Below, in pieces: positions 49,324 through 58,303 of a DNA stretch of 64,000 nucleotides (its first letter is position 1; each line of letters begins with the position of its first letter). Source of the DNA: a virus (taxonomy: Duplodnaviria; Caudoviricetes); IMG/VR virus record IMGVR_UViG_3300020045_002296, positions 10,974 to 74,973 of that record, one strand, 5' to 3'. The position numbers and the translations under genes are program-made. Under the pieces are notes generated by a model. It worked only from the letters and a program-made list of their open reading frames with translations, did not search any database and was not told the DNA's origin.

Positions 49324-49719
49324 ATGACATATCCAAAACTTGAAGTACGAACTATTCAAATGATTGATAGTTTTGAGTTTGACAATCTTGTAAAAGAAGT
49401 CTACGGTAAACCTTACTGCTTTCAACAGCAAGACGGTTGTAAAGAGCGTGGCAATCACACTATTACAATCCCAGATGGTCTATATGATTATGAGAGCACG
49501 CTACTACCTGAAGTAATAAACGGGGATGAAATGGGTGTAAGCTTTGCTGCTTGGTTAGCTCGTGATCCAAAGGAATGGAATGGCAAACCCGAGCAAGCAG
49601 GTTCTCTTAGTCTGTTTTGGGAGCGTAACTTCTATCCAGATGTACAAATGATTGCTAATGACTTGCACTCAAAAGGTCTAATTCCTGCCGGTGACTATAC
49701 TATTGAAATTGATTGGTAA
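49324..49719 (+). CDS. Conserved hypothetical phage protein
   Basis: RBS; VYGKPY.FQQQDGC...WERNFYP. Confidence 0.65.
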   Translation: MTYPKLEVRTIQMIDSFEFDNLVKEVYGKPYCFQQQDGCKERGNHTITIPDGLYDYESTLLPEVINGDEMGVSFAAWLARDPKEWNGKPEQAGSLSLFWERNFYPDVQMIANDLHSKGLIPAGDYTIEIDW

Positions 49720-49733
49720 TAAAGGAACAAAGC

Positions 49734-50432
49734 ATGAACACAAAACGAGAATTCCTCCCCGGAGCTACTTACAGTGACAAACGAGGGAACAAAAGGAAGA
49801 TCACTGGGAATGACAACGTAGGTTGCTTTCCTTTGTTGGCTACAACTTTAAGTATTTGCTCCGAACCTATTATTGATGAGTTTACTTTAGCAGGTGGCTA
49901 CCAAGAGGACGAACCAAGTGACCTTGATCTTGTATGGCAGGATCAAGGTCACTACGCTCAGGTACAATTCAAGAACAAGTGTGATTTATTCAATACAATT
50001 GCAGGAAAAGATAAAGTTCAATCTGATTTTGATCTAGAGAACCAAGTTAAACTAGTACGGGAAGAAGCTCAAGAGTTGTTTGATGCTGTTACTCTAGGAG
50101 AACCGCTGGTAAACATCCTCCAAGAAACTATTGATGTACTTGTAGTAGCTCAAGGGATGCTGCAACTGCTGGAGTCTTTAGGTTGTGATACCAACGGTGC
50201 TTTGCTTGCTGTAGCGGATAAGAACTTGAGTAAGTTTACGAGTGATCGTGACGAAGCTTGGGAGAGTATGGAGCAATACCACAAAGAAAATAAAGAAGTA
50301 ACTGTTGAATACAATCGAGAAAACAACGTGTATGTACTGAAAGATCAAAATGATAAAGTTCGCAAACCACTTAAATTTACTAGGGTTGATCTTTCTAAGT
50401 TTGTACCTAAAGACGTAGAATTCAAGGTATAA
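49734..50432 (+). CDS. MazG-like/PRA-PH nucleotide pyrophosphohydrolase with N-terminal module
   Basis: LVREEAQEL...ETIDVLVV...V...NLSKF...KVRKP. Confidence 0.7.
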   Translation: MNTKREFLPGATYSDKRGNKRKITGNDNVGCFPLLATTLSICSEPIIDEFTLAGGYQEDEPSDLDLVWQDQGHYAQVQFKNKCDLFNTIAGKDKVQSDFDLENQVKLVREEAQELFDAVTLGEPLVNILQETIDVLVVAQGMLQLLESLGCDTNGALLAVADKNLSKFTSDRDEAWESMEQYHKENKEVTVEYNRENNVYVLKDQNDKVRKPLKFTRVDLSKFVPKDVEFKV

Positions 50433-50457
50433 TCTAGGTTAACTTAAAGGAGAACAA

Positions 50458-50910
50458 ATGTTAAACGGTAAAGAGCTTCAGGTTGGTAAGACTTACACAA
50501 GGCGAAATGGTTCAACCACAAAGATTGTGGGGTGTGATGGAAATACTAATACCTATCCTTTCTATGACAACGACGGGCAGGGTTATACACGAAATGGTTC
50601 CTTTTATTATAGTGAGGATACCAGTGACCTTGATTTGATGCAAGAAGTACAAGAGCAAGACATGGTAAACTCACCGAAACATTACCAGTTATTCCCAGAT
50701 AGCAACATCGAAGTACGTGATGTACTTAAGGTACTAGCAGATCGCTTAGGTACTAACGGTTACTCAGGTAGTTTCATCGGTGATTACGTACAGCTAATGC
50801 AGTATTTAATGCGTTTTGATATGAAGAACGGTAAGGAAGACTTAGAGAAAGCTAAATTCTTCTTGGATAAGATGGTAGAATATAAACTAGTTAATAAGGA
50901 AGTTAAATGA
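50458..50910 (+). CDS. DUF3310 (T7 gp1.7-like) protein with N-terminal module
   Basis: DMVNSPKHY..IEV...Y.MRF..KNGKEDLEKA.FFL. Confidence 0.75.
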   Translation: MLNGKELQVGKTYTRRNGSTTKIVGCDGNTNTYPFYDNDGQGYTRNGSFYYSEDTSDLDLMQEVQEQDMVNSPKHYQLFPDSNIEVRDVLKVLADRLGTNGYSGSFIGDYVQLMQYLMRFDMKNGKEDLEKAKFFLDKMVEYKLVNKEVK

Positions 50911-51155
50911 ACATTATTGAAACACAAGAACAACCTAAGTTCAAACCAGTAACTGTAGTGTTTGAATCAGCAGAAGAACTACAGTATGTTACTAAGCTTT
51001 TAAGCATTGGTAGTAATGCTATATACGAGAAGTTTACGGGAGATGATTCAAGTACAGCCCCTAACTATAAGATGTATAGTTCTTTGTACGATACCTGTAC
51101 TAAACTGGGTATTGAGGTAAGAGAGACCAACAATACTTATATTGCTACATATTAG
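50907..51155 (+). CDS. Hypothetical protein, 'FKPV' paralogue
   Basis: FKPVTVVFESAEEL. Confidence 0.6.
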   Translation: MNIIETQEQPKFKPVTVVFESAEELQYVTKLLSIGSNAIYEKFTGDDSSTAPNYKMYSSLYDTCTKLGIEVRETNNTYIATY

Positions 51156-51166
51156 GAAAGACTAGC

Positions 51167-51400
51167 ATGAAGAACAAAATTAAATTCCAACGGGTTACTC
51201 TTACTTTAAGCAAGAAGGAGCTTAAACTCTTGTTTGCCCTTGTAGGCAGTTTAAGTGTAGCAACTGAGCAAGCTATTGTTAAAGGTATCAAGAACGACTT
51301 TTCTAAGAAAGCTGACTTGTTTCAACGGCTAGCAAAAGAAATGGATGATCAGAATGTCAAGTACCCATGTGCAGATATTATTATCTCAGTAAATGATTAA
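51167..51400 (+). CDS. Hypothetical protein, possible 'FKPV' paralogue
   Basis: FQRVTLTLSKKELKLLFALVGSLS. Confidence 0.55.
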   Translation: MKNKIKFQRVTLTLSKKELKLLFALVGSLSVATEQAIVKGIKNDFSKKADLFQRLAKEMDDQNVKYPCADIIISVND

Positions 51401-51875
51401 GAAAGAACAAATGACTAAAACAATTACTAAACTATCCCAGCAAAAGATCAAACCTCAAAGTGGTATCGTGGCATCATGCGTAGTATCTGAATCAGAGCTA
51501 CAGGAAGTAATCCAAGGGTTTACCTACAAGGACTCCACGGATGTTAATAACGAATACACTCAAGAGTTCCTACAAGTGCTATTCAACCTAGGAATGGATA
51601 CCTCAGAACTAGTCCGAGTAGATCACGGGATTACTCACCGTAATCGCTTCGGTAAGATCGTTACATGCTCTCGTTGGTACGGTAACGAGCGAGTAGATGA
51701 TGCTTGGCTTGACAGTGGTTATGCTAGTCGTGCTGCTAAGGATAAAGCATCCGGGAGTGGCATCCTGATGGATTTGTATGGTTCTCGTGGAGAGACAGAG
51801 GGGATGCAACGGGCGTTAGAGCAGCGGGATAGGCATACAGTAGTGGATGAATCACAATGGGAAAATAAGGAGTAA
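51393..51875 (+). CDS. Conserved hypothetical phage protein
   Basis: LFNLGMD...HRNRFG...G.ERVD..WLDSGYAS. Confidence 0.65.
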   Translation: MIKKEQMTKTITKLSQQKIKPQSGIVASCVVSESELQEVIQGFTYKDSTDVNNEYTQEFLQVLFNLGMDTSELVRVDHGITHRNRFGKIVTCSRWYGNERVDDAWLDSGYASRAAKDKASGSGILMDLYGSRGETEGMQRALEQRDRHTVVDESQWENKE

Positions 51876-51877
51876 AT

Positions 51878-52180
51878 ATGGGATACTATACAGATTTTGA
51901 ACTAAGCTTTAACAGCAAAGATAATAACCAAGTTATGGAGTCTTTAGGTGAGATTTCCGGTTATACATATTGGTACAGTTTTACAATGAATGGCAAGTGG
52001 TACAAATGGCAAGAAGATATGAAGGAATTATCTATGCTATATCCTGATGTACTATTTGAGCTTTCAGGTCGAGGGGAAGAACCTGATGATTTATGGGGAG
52101 CTTATTTCAAAGGTGGTAAAGCACAGATTTGCAAAGCTAAGATCACCTTTGATAAATACGATGAAGACAAAATGGAGTAA
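51878..52180 (+). CDS. Conserved hypothetical phage protein
   Basis: MGYYTDFEL...KWY...DM..LS..YPDVLF.L.G.GEE..DLW. Confidence 0.7.
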   Translation: MGYYTDFELSFNSKDNNQVMESLGEISGYTYWYSFTMNGKWYKWQEDMKELSMLYPDVLFELSGRGEEPDDLWGAYFKGGKAQICKAKITFDKYDEDKME

Positions 52181-52182
52181 AT

Positions 52183-52428
52183 ATGAAGATTGAACAAGTA
52201 AAAGAAACATTTAAGCCAGTAGTTATTACACTAGAAACCAAAGAGGAATTCTTGTTTCTACTGAGTATTATTGGAGGAACATCTGAACGTACCTTCCGTG
52301 ATATTACTAATGCGGGCAAAGAGAGTGACATACTGTGGCCTATGTTTCAACAAATTGATAAGCTGGCAAAGGATATAGGTTTAGCGAAATATAAAAGCGC
52401 AGGAATCACTGTACTTAATGATGAGTGA
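52183..52428 (+). CDS. Hypothetical protein, 'FKPV' paralogue
   Basis: FKPVVITLETKEEF..L.SIIGGTSE. Confidence 0.6.
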   Translation: MKIEQVKETFKPVVITLETKEEFLFLLSIIGGTSERTFRDITNAGKESDILWPMFQQIDKLAKDIGLAKYKSAGITVLNDE

Positions 52429-52618
52429 AGAAGCAATAGGTGAGATAGCTTGCTGGATTTATCTTGTGTTGTTCTTGGGTTATTTGTGGTATATTGATAG
52501 AAGTAACCGAGAGCATAACAAGACCCAAGCTATAGCAGCAAAGATAAAGATTACATTGACAAACATAATTTGTAAAGGAAACCAACATGAAAATTCAACA
52601 TCAAGCAAACGGTTTTAA
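52418..52618 (+). CDS. Small membrane protein
   Basis: N-terminal TM segment. Confidence 0.45.
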   Translation: MMSEEAIGEIACWIYLVLFLGYLWYIDRSNREHNKTQAIAAKIKITLTNIICKGNQHENSTSSKRF

Positions 52619-52829
52619 ACCCTTTAATATTGCAGTACAATCACCAGAAGAACTAAAGCTTTTGTTGAGTCTCTTTGGAGGCTTGTCTGAGGATATGGTC
52701 AAGGACTTGACAGGAGATTATATTAATGATCAGTTTGCATATAATGTTTACGGTGAACTAAATGGTATTGCAGTTAGTTATGGTATTGATACGCACAAGC
52801 AAATTAATATCAAAGTTGTGAAGTATTAA
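52587..52829 (+). CDS. Hypothetical protein, 'FKPV' paralogue
   Basis: FKPFNIAVQSPEELKLLLSLFGGLSE. Confidence 0.6.
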   Translation: MKIQHQANGFKPFNIAVQSPEELKLLLSLFGGLSEDMVKDLTGDYINDQFAYNVYGELNGIAVSYGIDTHKQINIKVVKY

Positions 52830-52876
52830 GTAGTCGGCAGTTAGTAGAATTAACAAGTAATAAAGAAAAGGAAAAT

Positions 52877-53915
52877 ATGCAGGAAAATAATAAGACAGTA
52901 ACTCCGTGGTCATCAGTTGGGTACTTGACGTACAAACGTACATACTCTCGCCGTTTAGATGAAAACAACATCAATTCGGCTACTGAAGAATTTCCAGATA
53001 CGATCAACCGTGTAGTACAGGCTGCACAGAAGCAGTTGAACTGTGGTTTTACACCCGAAGAAGAACAAAAACTCACAGAGTATCTTCTGGGTCTAAAAGG
53101 TAGTGTAGCTGGACGTTTCTTGTGGCAAATGGGGACTAGTACAGTAGCTAAACTTGGTATGGCGTCGCTCCAGAATTGTGCTGCTGTCGTAGTAGATGAG
53201 CCAATTCGGCCCTTCACATGGACGATGGACTCCCTCATGCTTGGTGCTGGTGTTGGTTACAATATCCAAAAGGTCAATGTAGATAAATTACCTAAAGTTA
53301 AAAAGAACTTTAAGCCACCTACACGTACAGATAAGTCAGATGCTGATTTTATCGTTCCTGATAGCCGTGAAGGATGGGTTGCTTTACTTGGTAAGACGCT
53401 CAAAGCAGCTTTCCTCGCACATGAATCAGGTAAACAGACATTTACATACAGTACGCAGTTAATTCGCGGTAAAGGTGCACCTATTAAAGGGTTTGGTGGT
53501 ACAGCTAGTGGCCCTGAAGACCTCTGCTGGGGTATCCAGAAGATCAGTGAGGTAGTCGAGAAGCGTAAAGGTCGTAAGCTTCGCCCGATTGATTGCTTAG
53601 ATATGATGAATATTATCGGTGCTGTAGTGGTAGCTGGTAATGTCCGTCGAAGTGCCCAGATTGCTATGGGTGATTGTGATGATATTGAATTTCTCCTGTC
53701 GAAACGCTGGGATATGGGGATCATTCCAAGTTGGCGGGCGATGTCGAATAATAGTGTGGTTTGTGATGATATTAACGAACTACATGATTATTTCTGGGAG
53801 GGTTACGAGGGTAAAGGAGAACCATTTGGTTTGATTAATCTAGGGCTTTCACGTAAAGTAGGACGACTGGGAGAAACACAGTATCCTGATCCAGAAGTGC
53901 AAGTTTATAATCCGT
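52877..53915 (+). CDS. nrdJ: Class II (B12-dependent, monomeric-type) ribonucleotide reductase, exon 1
   Basis: YKRTYSR, SLQNC, LMLGAGVGYN, PDSREGW, VVAGNVRRSA; ends at YNP. Confidence 0.9.
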
Positions 53916-54136
53916 TGACATTGCTAGCGGCCTAAGAGAGGAATCTCTTTTGAATAACCTGAATATCGGGGAAAGTCTAGAACAGATAACCGCCGAAGCG
54001 ATACTTGGAGTAATCCTCTCGCTCTAGAGACTGACAAGGGAACAGAGAACCTGTTGTGATACAGTCCGTTCTATATGGGGACATATAGAGATTAGTAGAA
54101 ATAGCTAATCCCCGGTTTACCGGAGTAACAAAGTAG
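53916..54136 (+). mobile_element. Group I intron (221 nt, no ORF) splitting the catalytic Cys codon of nrdJ
   Basis: CCG T|GT GCA GAA restores N-P-C-A-E; P1 CCGU/GCGG; P7 GACTG/CAGTC; terminal G. Confidence 0.92.
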
Positions 54137-55020
54137 GTGCAGAACAGTCGTTGGCTTCTTACGAGACTTGTTGTCTTGCTGAAGTCTTTTTACCAAAAAT
54201 TGAATCGAAGGAAGAACTTAATGAAGTAATTAAACTCTTGTACCGTATTAACAAACACTCTCTGATGCTTCCTTGCCATAACAAAGAAACAGAAAAGATT
54301 GTTCATAAGAATATGCGTATGGGGCTTGGAATGACAGGGGTGCTACAAGCAACTCAAGAGCAACGTGACTGGCTCGATGATGCTTATATTGAATTACGTA
54401 AGTATGACAATGAGTACTCAGATATGAAAGGATGGAATCGAAGTATTAAGCTCAGTACGTGTAAACCAAGTGGAACTCTTAGCTTGTTGCCCGGCGTGAC
54501 TCCCGGTATTCATCCGGCTTACAGCCAGTACTTAATTCGACGTATCCGTATTAGTGCAGATAATGCCTTAGTTAGTGTATGCAAAGAGCATGGTTATGAT
54601 GTAGAATACCAGCAGAATTTTGATGGCTCTCTAGATCACTCTACAGTTGTTGTTAGCTTTCCGTTTAAGTATCCAGAAGGTACTACACTGGCAAGTGAAA
54701 TGACTGCTGTTAAGCAACTACAAGCTGTTAAAGAGCTTCAAAGTACTTGGAGTGATAACTCTGTTAGTTGTACTGTTTATTACAAGAAAGAGGAACTGCC
54801 AGAGATTAAAGAGTATTTGAAAGAGAACTACAAAGACTGTCATAAGACACTTTCGTTCTTGTTGCATAGTGAGCATGGTTTTAAACAGGCACCGTTAGAA
54901 CAAATTACGAAGGAACAGTATGATGAATTGGTTGCAAAGACTAAGCCAATCGGTTTTGTCGGGGTAGCAGAATTTGAAGGAAGCGATGATTGCGCGAGCG
55001 GTGCTTGCCCTATTCGTTAA
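54137..55020 (+). CDS. nrdJ: Class II ribonucleotide reductase, exon 2 (spliced product 640 aa)
   Basis: CAEQSL..YETCCLAE, TCKPSGTLSLL, WSDNSVSCTVYY, C-terminal CASGACPIR. Confidence 0.9.
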
Positions 55021-55032
55021 TTAATTAAACTG

Positions 55033-55066
55033 TAACCTCTAGGAGAAATCTTAGAGGTTATTTCTA
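55033..55066 (+). terminator. Rho-independent terminator
   Basis: TAACCTCTAGG-AGAAA-TCTTAGAGGTTA followed by TTTC. Confidence 0.55.
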
Positions 55067-55076
55067 TTGGAGAAAT

Positions 55077-55670
55077 ATGAAGAAAACTTTAAATTATAAT
55101 GAGATAGACTGTGACAAACACTTCTACCTATCAAACATAAGCCCTAGTGGAATTAGGTGGCTGATCTCACCACGAAACGGCATAGACGAGGGATCTATAG
55201 CTGGCACCAAGCACTACGAACCAGACGGCAGAAAAGCATCTTGGCAAGTTATGCTTAAAGGTCAGATATACATTGTATCGAGGGTTATATGGGTATTAGT
55301 ACACAAATACCTACCCAGCGATTTAGTGGTAGATCACATGAACGGAGACCCATTCGATAATTCTGTTGCAAATCTTTCAATTAAGACGCAAACAGAGAAC
55401 TTACGAAATCTGAAAAAGTACAAAACAAACACATCAGGCACAACAGGTGTTGGATACAGGGTGATGCGGAGTCACTGTGGAAGTAAGACATACGAGTATT
55501 GGTATGCAATATGGAAGAATTTACAAGGTAAGCAAAGGTCTAAACAGTTTTCATGCAACAAGTATGGTCACGAGATTGCAAAGTCCTTGGCAATTGAGCA
55601 ACGCAACCTCCAAATCTCACTCTTGAATACTGCAGGTGCTTCTTACACCGATCGCCACGGTACAGAATAA
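55077..55670 (+). CDS. HNH-AP2 homing endonuclease
   Basis: VSRVIW..VVDHMNGDPFDNSVANL..GASYTDRHG. Confidence 0.88.
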   Translation: MKKTLNYNEIDCDKHFYLSNISPSGIRWLISPRNGIDEGSIAGTKHYEPDGRKASWQVMLKGQIYIVSRVIWVLVHKYLPSDLVVDHMNGDPFDNSVANLSIKTQTENLRNLKKYKTNTSGTTGVGYRVMRSHCGSKTYEYWYAIWKNLQGKQRSKQFSCNKYGHEIAKSLAIEQRNLQISLLNTAGASYTDRHGTE

Positions 55671-55722
55671 ACCCAGTGATTTATGATACACTCTAATTTT
55701 ATTAACAAGGGAACCCAATTTA

Positions 55723-55932
55723 ATGACAACTAAAGCAAACCTACTTCGCTCACTTAGTTCTTTTATCAGCCAAGGAGAGTCCTTAGAGCGTGATTACACA
55801 GAGCTACAGCAGGAAATTCTCTTGAACTTAACCCTAAGCCAAACCGTCAGTACTAAGATTCATGCTACGTTGAAAGCCCTAAAAGAACTTCCTGATGTAC
55901 CACCAGATGAACCAGAAACTGTAGTACAATAA
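55723..55932 (+). CDS. Hypothetical protein
   Basis: AAGGGA RBS. Confidence 0.5.
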   Translation: MTTKANLLRSLSSFISQGESLERDYTELQQEILLNLTLSQTVSTKIHATLKALKELPDVPPDEPETVVQ

Positions 55933-55956
55933 TTGAATCAAACAAGGAACTAACAA

Positions 55957-56471
55957 ATGAACCCAAATACAACAGAAGTACAAATCCTAGTATTCAACCA
56001 CGAAGGAGAAGTGCTGACAGTTAACTCGGTGAATGGATTTTCAGTACCTCGTAGTACTTGGCGGGTACTAAAGGAAACCCAACGAGAAGCTGCTGTACGA
56101 ATCCTGAATGAACAAACCAGCTTTGATATCACAATAAGTGATCTTGCTGTTTTATATTTTGCCCGTGCTAACTCAAATGGAAAATATGTAATGAGCTATT
56201 TTTGTACTAAAGTGCTAGAGAACCCTATGCAACAGCACAGAAATTTCTGGACTTTTGGTAGTGGAAATATCTGTGAATTCCAAGGTACACGTAAGTTCCT
56301 AGATAACTGTGTAGACTCAGAGTACAACCATGAAGCTCTTTATCATGCTAGTGTCTTGAGTGAACAAATGAAGCTGCCTTGGAGTAATTACCAAAATAAC
56401 CAGAAAGATACACAACCTAAGCTTAGTAATTCTGATACACTACAACTTCAACTTAACCTAAAGGATAAACA
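55957..56471 (+). CDS. Nudix-like hydrolase (degenerate Nudix box), reading through into the next gene
   Basis: ILVFNHEGEVL...ETQREAAVRILNEQT; no stop before 56472. Confidence 0.5.
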
Positions 56472-56994
56472 AATGGAAACTAAAGTACAACCTAAAGAAC
56501 TTAAATTGCAAGAACATAAGACGTATCTGACCCGTGAGGGTAAGGAAGTAACAATGTCTGTTGACTATCACTGTGGTAAAGATATGTCACACCAGTTTCG
56601 AGGTAGTAATGGTTTTTACTACAAAACAGATGGGAATCTATCCAATAATGACTTGTGTAAATGGGATGCGATCTCAGAAGTCCAAGTTACACCTAAGCTC
56701 TACACACAAGCTGAAGTACTGCACTGCACTATCGAAGCTTACAAAGATGGTAAAGCCAGTGTAAGCACCTTCAGCACACCAGAGATTCAATCCTTGATTG
56801 CCCAACAAACAGTTCTTATCCGTAAGGTTGAGCTAGAGATTCTAGAGCTAAAAGAACTCGGCGCTTTCCTTGGTGGTCGCTCTGATAGTCGTGTACTTGA
56901 GTTAAGAGCTAAGGTTTACACTGACTTGGGTTACAAGCAGAAGAAACTCAAGAAGCTTGTTGATTTGCAACTGCGTTTGAAACGGATTAAGTAA
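56472..56994 (+). CDS. Hypothetical protein with N-terminal 'GKTY' module (internal start in the 345-aa ORF)
   Basis: Own -10 box and TTAACCTAAAGGA leader before ATG 56472. Confidence 0.6.
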
Positions 56995-57179
56995 TGAGTA
57001 CTTACGAAATCATTGGTAGAGTCTTCACATTTCTCGGAATCTCACTCCTTGTTGTTCTGATGGTGCAATTGATCTTGTATATTGCATGGACTGCACTGAA
57101 AGAGTTCCTAGGTTGGCCTAAGATCGTTAAGGCTTTAAGATTACTTGAAGAACATAATGAAAATAAAACACAAGGTTAA
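56994..57179 (+). CDS. Small membrane protein
   Basis: Hydrophobic helix; TAATG overlap. Confidence 0.5.
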   Translation: MSTYEIIGRVFTFLGISLLVVLMVQLILYIAWTALKEFLGWPKIVKALRLLEEHNENKTQG

Positions 57180-57181
57180 AC

Positions 57182-57640
57182 ATGAAAATTAACTACATCA
57201 AAGGCGATCTCTTGAGTGTAACTTCCGGTATCATTATGCACGGTTGTAATGCTCAAGGTGTTATGGGAAGTGGAGTAGCTTTAGCTGTACGGCAGAAGTA
57301 CCCAAAGGCTTACGAGAAGTACAAAGAAGAAATTCAACGTGGGTTTCTTGGACTAGGTGATCTTCAGCTTGTAGAAGTACAAGAGAACTTGTTCATTGCT
57401 AATGCTATTACTCAAGAGTTCTACGGACGGGATAAGAAAGTGTACGTATCTTATGAGGCCATTAATAGTTGTTTTGAAACTCTATTCACACTAGCGAATG
57501 CTATAGGGCACTCTGTGCTAAGTATCCCTAAGATCGGTGCTGGCTTAGGTGGAGGTGATTGGGATATGGTTCTTGAGGTAATCAAATATCAAGCTAAGAA
57601 GCAAGGTTATAATGGTGTTTTAAATGTGTATGAACTCTAA
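57182..57640 (+). CDS. Macrodomain protein (ADP-ribose processing, Poa1p/DarG-like class)
   Basis: YIKGDLL..IMHGCNAQGVMGSGVA...IPKIGAGLGGGDW. Confidence 0.88.
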   Translation: MKINYIKGDLLSVTSGIIMHGCNAQGVMGSGVALAVRQKYPKAYEKYKEEIQRGFLGLGDLQLVEVQENLFIANAITQEFYGRDKKVYVSYEAINSCFETLFTLANAIGHSVLSIPKIGAGLGGGDWDMVLEVIKYQAKKQGYNGVLNVYEL

Positions 57641-57648
57641 GGAATCTG

Positions 57649-57879
57649 ATGGAAATTGAACCACAAGAACTCCGGGATATTATCCTAGGAAAGATTACAT
57701 TCCGAAAGTGTCCTTTGTGTTATGGTGAAGGTACTCTGTATTGGATTGATAATATAGAGGATAACGTCTCTAAAAGAACCTATGAAGAAGCTGGAGGTTT
57801 CCGTGGAGAAGGTAACGATCAGGAATTCTGTGATGATTGTCAAGGAGTAGGTTTTATCGTAAATAAATGGAGTGAATAA
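57649..57879 (+). CDS. DnaJ-type zinc-finger small protein
   Basis: CPLCYGEG ... CDDCQGVG. Confidence 0.6.
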   Translation: MEIEPQELRDIILGKITFRKCPLCYGEGTLYWIDNIEDNVSKRTYEEAGGFRGEGNDQEFCDDCQGVGFIVNKWSE

Positions 57880-58286
57880 TGCAAATCTACAAGAAAGTTA
57901 ACCGCCGTTACATCCCTGTGGGTTTGTACGACCAAGAACAATAGTACTTACCAAACGGTGCTCACTTGGTTATCGTCAGTGACGGCTGTACGTCCACAAG
58001 GTACAATATCTCAGTGGATGATGCCGTGGTATTAGCTGCGGTAAATAACGTCCGTAAAGCCCTTATAGACGCCTTGGAAAGCGCTACGGAGTTACAGCCG
58101 AATGACCGTGAGATGACTTCTCTAGAAAAGGAAGCTTGGGAAGCTTATAAAAGTATTGCTGGTTCACCTAAAGGTCTTATGTTTGAGGGATTATCAATGG
58201 GTGAAATAGTGGATAAAGCTGTGGATGTACTCCAGAAAGAACTCAAGGAACGAAGTATTTCTTGTGGTACAATCGAAGGTCTATAA
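57879..58286 (+). pseudogene. Hypothetical gene with one in-frame TAG
   Basis: ATG 57879 (TAATG overlap) is in frame with the 57966 ORF except for TAG at 57942-44. Confidence 0.5.
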
Positions 58287-58303
58287 TTAATTTAAAGGAA
58301 ATA

